From: an uncultured Gammaproteobacteria bacterium | GTDB lineage: Bacteria > Pseudomonadota > Gammaproteobacteria > Chromatiales > Chromatiaceae | DNA length: 64,000 nucleotides | Direction of reading: 5' to 3' | Assembly (NCBI GenBank): GCA_963736445.1 | Contig: CAVTOY010000011.1 | Location: 6,339-70,338, forward strand | In this document: positions 59,420-64,000 of the stretch, in pieces | Layout: every line of letters starts with the position of its first letter | How positions within the stretch are numbered: the first letter of the stretch is position 1 | Program-made: the position numbers and the translations under genes | The notes under the pieces: model-generated | Seen by the model: the letters and a program-made list of their open reading frames with translations, nothing else | What the model was told of the DNA's origin: nothing | The model's database searches: none

Positions 59420-59836
59420 GGATAAATCCTCCCTGCGAGCCAATTTGTCAGGCTATCGGTGAAAGCTGCCAGGCGGATGACGGCGCAACAGTACGCGCAG
59501 TATAAACGACCCTTGCTTGCGACAGCGCGCCTCTTCGCGGTCGTCGGCGCCTGCTGTCGGCTGTCGGCCAGATTCTCGAATTGCCTCAGACCGGGATCCC
59601 GGCACCCGCATCCGCTCGCACACCCACTTGCTTGCCCTGTGCAGCACAGCACGTTGAGCGCCAATGGACTAACTGAACGGTCTGTGGCACTGCATGAGTC
59701 TACGGGGATTGAGTCTGTGTTAAGGAACAATAGCGAACAGATTGACACTTGCAAGGACCAGAGTAGGTCTTTGTGGGCGGCGGAAGGGGAAAATCTGCGC
59801 CATGCGACACCCGGGCTGCCTGGATTAGGGGAAAAG

Positions 59837-59945
59837 ATGGACTCGATATTTGTTGCTCAGACGTTCAACCGGAAAGACCGCGACCTGCTGAATGAGATCG
59901 ACAAGATCCTGTTTAGTCACGGTATGCAGCGTGCCACTGGACATA
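59837..59945 (+). pseudogene. N-terminal fragment of a TIR/deoxyribosyltransferase-like Rossmannoid protein
   Basis: MDSIFVAQTFNRKDRDLLNEIDKILFSHGMQRATG after a purine-rich RBS-like stretch; interrupted by the IS3 remnant. Confidence 0.4.
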
Positions 59946-59974
59946 TTCCTGAGGGTCGTCAAGCGGGGGCTTTC

Positions 59975-60201
59975 TGTATCCGCTCAGCCACGTCTTCATG
60001 GAGCACCTGTTGCACAGCGTGAAGTACAAGGAGATCGACACCAATGCTTATGACGGCATTGGCGATGCGCGTGACCCACTCGGGCAGTATCTCAACCACT
60101 ACAATTTAGAGCGTGGCCATCAGTCGCTTGACCGAAAGACGCCCGACGAGGTGTACTTTCAGCAGGTTGCCAGGAAGCTGGCACAATCCGAGAACGCATA
60201 A
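59975..60201 (+). mobile_element. IS3-family transposase C-terminal remnant
   Basis: VFMEHLLHSVKYKEI...YLNHYNLERGHQSLDRKTPDEVY. Confidence 0.85.
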
Positions 60202-60204
60202 GCT

Positions 60205-61770
60205 ATGTCCGCGATCTTCCTCAGCTACCGACGCGACGACAGCTCGGGCTATGCCGGGCGACTGTTCGACAACCTTGCCGAACGCTTTGGGCGCGAGCGG
60301 GTGTTTATGGACATCGAAACGCTGGAGCCGGGCATGGACTTCGTCGCAGGCATCGACCACGCGATCGAGTCCTGCGGCGCAGTGATCGCCATGATCGGCC
60401 CCAGCTGGGTGAAGGCCAAGGACGGCGAGGGGCGCCGACGCCTGGACAATCCGCACGACTTCATACGCCTGGAAATCACCACGGCACTGACGCGTGGTGT
60501 CCGGGTGATCCCGGTACTGGTGCACAACGCCAGCATGCCGCCGGAGCAAGAACTGCCCGAACCCTTGCGCCCGCTGTGCCGCTTGCAGGCCTGCGAGCTC
60601 AGCGACAATCGCTGGGAGTTTGACGTGCGCCGCCTGGCCGACGTCCTCGAGCCACTGATCGCCGAACCCGAGGGAAAGCCCGACGGCGGCGCCCTCGGCC
60701 GCGACGGCGCCAGCCGGAGTAACGAGCACAACCACAGCGCCCGGGCAGAAGTCCGGCGGCCGTCCGACCGGATGGCTGGCGGCGATCGCTGCTGTGGTCC
60801 TGGCTGCTGGTGGAGGCGTCTGGTGGCTCAGCCAGTCGACCTCTACCGAGCAGGCGCCGCCCCCGGTTAACGAACCGGTGCCGTCGCCATCCCATGCCGC
60901 CACCCCGGAGCCAGACCGTTGTCACGACGGTTCCCGCCCGAGCCGCCTGCGGACCCCGGCGACCGAGCCGACGCGTCTCGAACCGCCGACCCAGGGTGAA
61001 CCTCTCCCCAGAAGCATCACCCGACTCCTCGGCCGGCCGCGGAGGCCGAGCCGGCCGCCGTTCCGGCGCCCCGCGGACCCTCACCGGAGGACCTCCGGCA
61101 ACGCGAGATCGCCGAGTTGATCGATGCCGCAGAGATCGATCTGGCGGAACTGCGGCTGACCCGCCCGGCGGACAACAACGCCTTCGAGCGCTTTCAACGC
61201 GTGCTCGAATTGGAGCCGCACAACCCGACTGCCCGCGAGGGCCTGATCGCGATCACCGAGCGCTATCACGGCCTGGTCGAGGACGCGCTCGACCGCGGCG
61301 ACCTGGACAGCGCGCAACGGCATCTCGACTCGGCGAGCGCGGTCGATCCGGGCACCGACTGGCTGACCCCGTTGCAGCGTGAGATCGATCAGCGACGGCG
61401 ATGTCGCGGCCCGGCCCGAGCCCGAACCCGGGCGCGCTCCGCGTCCCGACGAAGCGGACGCGAGAGGCATGTCTGTCTGCCTGCGAGAGCCGTCACCAGG
61501 CCTGTCGCGCGGAGATCGACCGTCAGATCGAGGCCGACTGCCTGCGCAGCCGTGCGGAGACCTGCGAGCAGCTCTACCAGTCTTGCATGTCGGACTCAAG
61601 CAAACTGTTCATGGGCGCAGGTATCACTGCGAATCGGAGTGCGCCGGCGTGCACGCCAACTGTCAGCAGGTCCGCGGCCAAGGGCTGCGCGGCGGCACTA
61701 CAGAGGGCCGAGGAGCGCTGCGACGACTCAGTTCGGCTCCTGCACTCGGCACTGCGGGAGCGCAGAATGA
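60205..61770 (+). pseudogene. TIR / TM / Pro-rich linker / TPR-like / Cys-rich protein, multiply frameshifted
   Basis: IFLSYRRDDS...DFIRLEI; TM WLAAIAAVVLAAGGGVWW in another frame; RLTRPADNNAFERFQRVLELEPHN; Cys-spaced tail ending CTRHCGSAE*. Confidence 0.75.
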
Positions 61771-61816
61771 TCGTCTGCCGACTGCGTTTCTCATCGCCCA
61801 CCATCCGTGAACAGCA

Positions 61817-61853
61817 CGTAGGGCGCAATGTCCTTCGGTTATTGCGCCCTACG
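61817..61853. repeat. GTAG-type REP-like palindrome
   Basis: CGTAGGGCGCAAT-N11-ATTGCGCCCTACG, 13-bp perfect stem. Confidence 0.7.
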
Positions 61854-61894
61854 GCCTAACCGTGCATCAACGCAGCGCCCGGGTGGCGCCGGTC

Positions 61895-62125
61895 GCCGTG
61901 GGAATCCCTGGCTCGGGTTGATTGTCTTTCCCGATCACCGACGCGTGAAGGCACGCAAAGTACAGGGTGCCAGGCAGCACCTCGGTGGACGTTTCGCGGC
62001 ATGGCATAAGGGACAGATCAGCTTTGCCGAGTTCGACGCCAGCGTGCAGGGCCGAATCGACCACGTTGGTTACGCCGGCAGTTGGCGGCTGCGCGAACAG
62101 ATGCTGCAAGCATTTGGGCCCTTTT
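61895..62125 (+). pseudogene. C-terminal (thumb) remnant of a reverse transcriptase, DGR-type
   Basis: PWLGLIVFPDHRRVKARKV...SFAEFDASVQGRIDHVGYAGSWRLR; no YxDD or N-terminal part. Confidence 0.65.
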
Positions 62126-62158
62126 GGACCGGGCCTGCAAAGGTCCAACCGGCGCCCC

Positions 62159-63896
62159 CTAAGTCGAGTGCTGTTCCTCGTGTCCTGCAATGGCTTTCCT
62201 TTGTGTCTCGCTCATCTCCAAATACGTCGTCTGCGAGGGGAACGCGAATTCGGTACCGCACGCCTTCACGATGTCGGCGATACGTAGCAGGAGCTCCTCC
62301 TGGATTTCGAGAAAGGTGTCCTGGTCGCGGCAGTACAGGTAGGCGAAGATCTCTACGTCGAGGGAATAGGCGCCGTAGCGGACGAACCGCACCCGCGCCG
62401 GCGCCGGCGCTACCTTAGGGTGATCAACGAGCAGCTGGCGCAGCTCCGCCAGCACATGGCGGAGTTGGTCCGGGGTGGTTTCGTAGCGGAGGCCCAGGAC
62501 GGTCTTGAGCAGCCGCTGATCGCGTGCAGCGAGGTTGTCCAGTTGCATCTGCGAGAATTCGGCGTTGGGGATGGTGACGATCGTCCGCTCCAGCGAGCGG
62601 ACCCGTGTCGACCGCAAGCCGATCTGCTCGACGGTGCCGATCTGGTCGCCGTAGCGGCAGAAGTCGCCGACCCGCACCGGCCGGTCCGCGAACAAGGTCA
62701 GACCGCCGATGATGTTCTCCAGGGTCGGCCGGATCGCAAGCGCGATGGCGAGGCCGCCAACGCCGAGACCAGCCACCAGCGGGGCGATCGGGATGCCGAC
62801 GGCGCCCGCCGCGTAGATACCGAGGTAGACGAGAATGACAATGCTGACCAAACGGAAAACGATCCGCAACAGGGCAGCGTCGAACCGGCGCTTTTCGGTT
62901 GAACCTTCTTGATTGAACGCGAACCCGTCGGCGAGGCGCGAGGCAACCACCAAGGCGAGCCAAGCGAGGCCGCCCACTTGCACGGCCAGTGCAATGTACG
63001 ACACGGTTGCCAGCGAGACTTCGTACAGTCCGATGGCATGAATGGAAACACTCTCAACAAAATCAGCAATCCAAACGGCCAAGAGCAGCGCCAGCGGCAC
63101 GCCAAATCTGACGGTCGGACGGGCTAATCTATGTCTTTCATCCCATCGGGCACCCAGCCGATACGCAAACCAGATCACAAACCCTGAAATGACGAGCAGC
63201 AAAAATCCAGCAATCCACTGCCAGATCCCTTGTCCAAGCACGACGCGCTGCGCCCAGCCGGGCAATCCGTCTGGGAAATCTCTTGAAATCCACGGCCCAG
63301 GCGTGGAGATGTATTCGTTGTACAGCCCGACCTTTGCGCCCGCTTTGTAGGGGAGATCCTTCGCCAAGGCGTAATAGTCATTGAGATTTTCGACCGTCTC
63401 TTTCGTAAAGAGAAATTCGCCGGCATCCGGTCCCTCCGCGATCTTGGCGATCTCGATCTTCGTATTGGGAACGGTCCAGCGCACGATCCCATCTTGCCGA
63501 ACCTGTTCATCGTCCGGAATGTCTGCGAACTGCGGTAGGGACACGCGGTCGAGGATCTCCTTGAGCAAAAGCATCTTGATGATAATGGTCGTGGATCGAT
63601 CGACTGCAGTAATCCCGCTGAAGTCGAACGTATCGGCAGCTCGCAACAGCAGCCTTTCGATGTCGGCACTTGGCCTGTCGTTTTGCCATGCTTCTACGGC
63701 TGTGTTGATATCGCGAAGATAGGTTCGGAAGGTGTCGCGTGGACTTGACGTGTCCGCCGACCGCAATGGATACGGATCCTCGATTGCGCCAAGGATCGCC
63801 CCAAGATCGCTGGTTTGCGCAGCTAATTGAGACGCGGGGAGCGTCAAGAACAAGGGCCAATACCCAGAGAGCTTGCCTCAGGACAATCCCGATCAT
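62159..63896 (-). CDS. MscS mechanosensitive channel with large periplasmic N-domain (probable +1 frameshift near 63855)
   Basis: LGVGGLAIALA, DRPVRVGDFC, GTVEQIGLRSTR, IPN, EFAFPSQT; signal peptide MIGIVLRQALWVLA joins the main frame if one C is removed. Confidence 0.9.
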
Positions 63897-64000
63897 GCTA
63901 TACCGTTCCTTCCTGATCGCAACCGCGTCTCTGGATACCGAAGTCCTCTTCGCCCATTGGTGTCTGTCCCGGCCAGTGGCCGTATGATTTCCGTATGGGC

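Noticed and set aside
61828-62418. Intact DGR, retron or group II intron
   Set aside because: Only a thumb-region fragment; no catalytic YxDD, no TR/VR pair and no intron domain V seen.

Overview
A GC-rich proteobacterial segment; the gene content suggests a Chromatiales-like gammaproteobacterium (inference). It has five parts. (1) 0.1-17 kb: an accessory island with three Crp/Fnr paralogues (one truncated, one frameshifted), a transglutaminase, several small proteins, a secreted G/P/Q/Y-repeat protein and a MITE. It also carries a 2975-aa cyclic beta-1,2-glucan synthase with an in-frame repeat insertion and a recurring CRP-like palindrome, TGT(A/G/C)CG-N4-CG(T/C)ACA. (2) 17-37 kb: a DM13-ArnT-PAP2-flippase-GT2 envelope glycosylation operon and mixed metabolic or envelope genes (yajD, WD40-cytochrome c, CoA transferase, thiolase, MltF-like, PhoD-like, Ca/Na antiporter). 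(3) 37.8-43.4 kb: a functional-amyloid (Fap-like) secretion operon behind a sigma54-type promoter, whose likely major subunit has about 147 aa of Asp-Asn-Ser repeats. (4) 43.4-49.8 kb: ExeA with an ExeB stub, PilZ, DUF1631 and a PEP-CTERM-like gene. (5) 49.9-62.2 kb: a conflict/defence island with TIR-TM, cNMP-TM, TIR-FHA, an alpha/beta-hydrolase / TPR-trypsin / deoxyribosyltransferase-like operon, an IS3 remnant, a Cys-rich TIR receptor-like gene and a DGR-type reverse transcriptase remnant, followed by an MscS channel. No rRNA, tRNA or CRISPR array was seen. All family calls come from recognising motifs by eye, not from database searches. Several frameshifts lie in homopolymers and may be sequencing errors.
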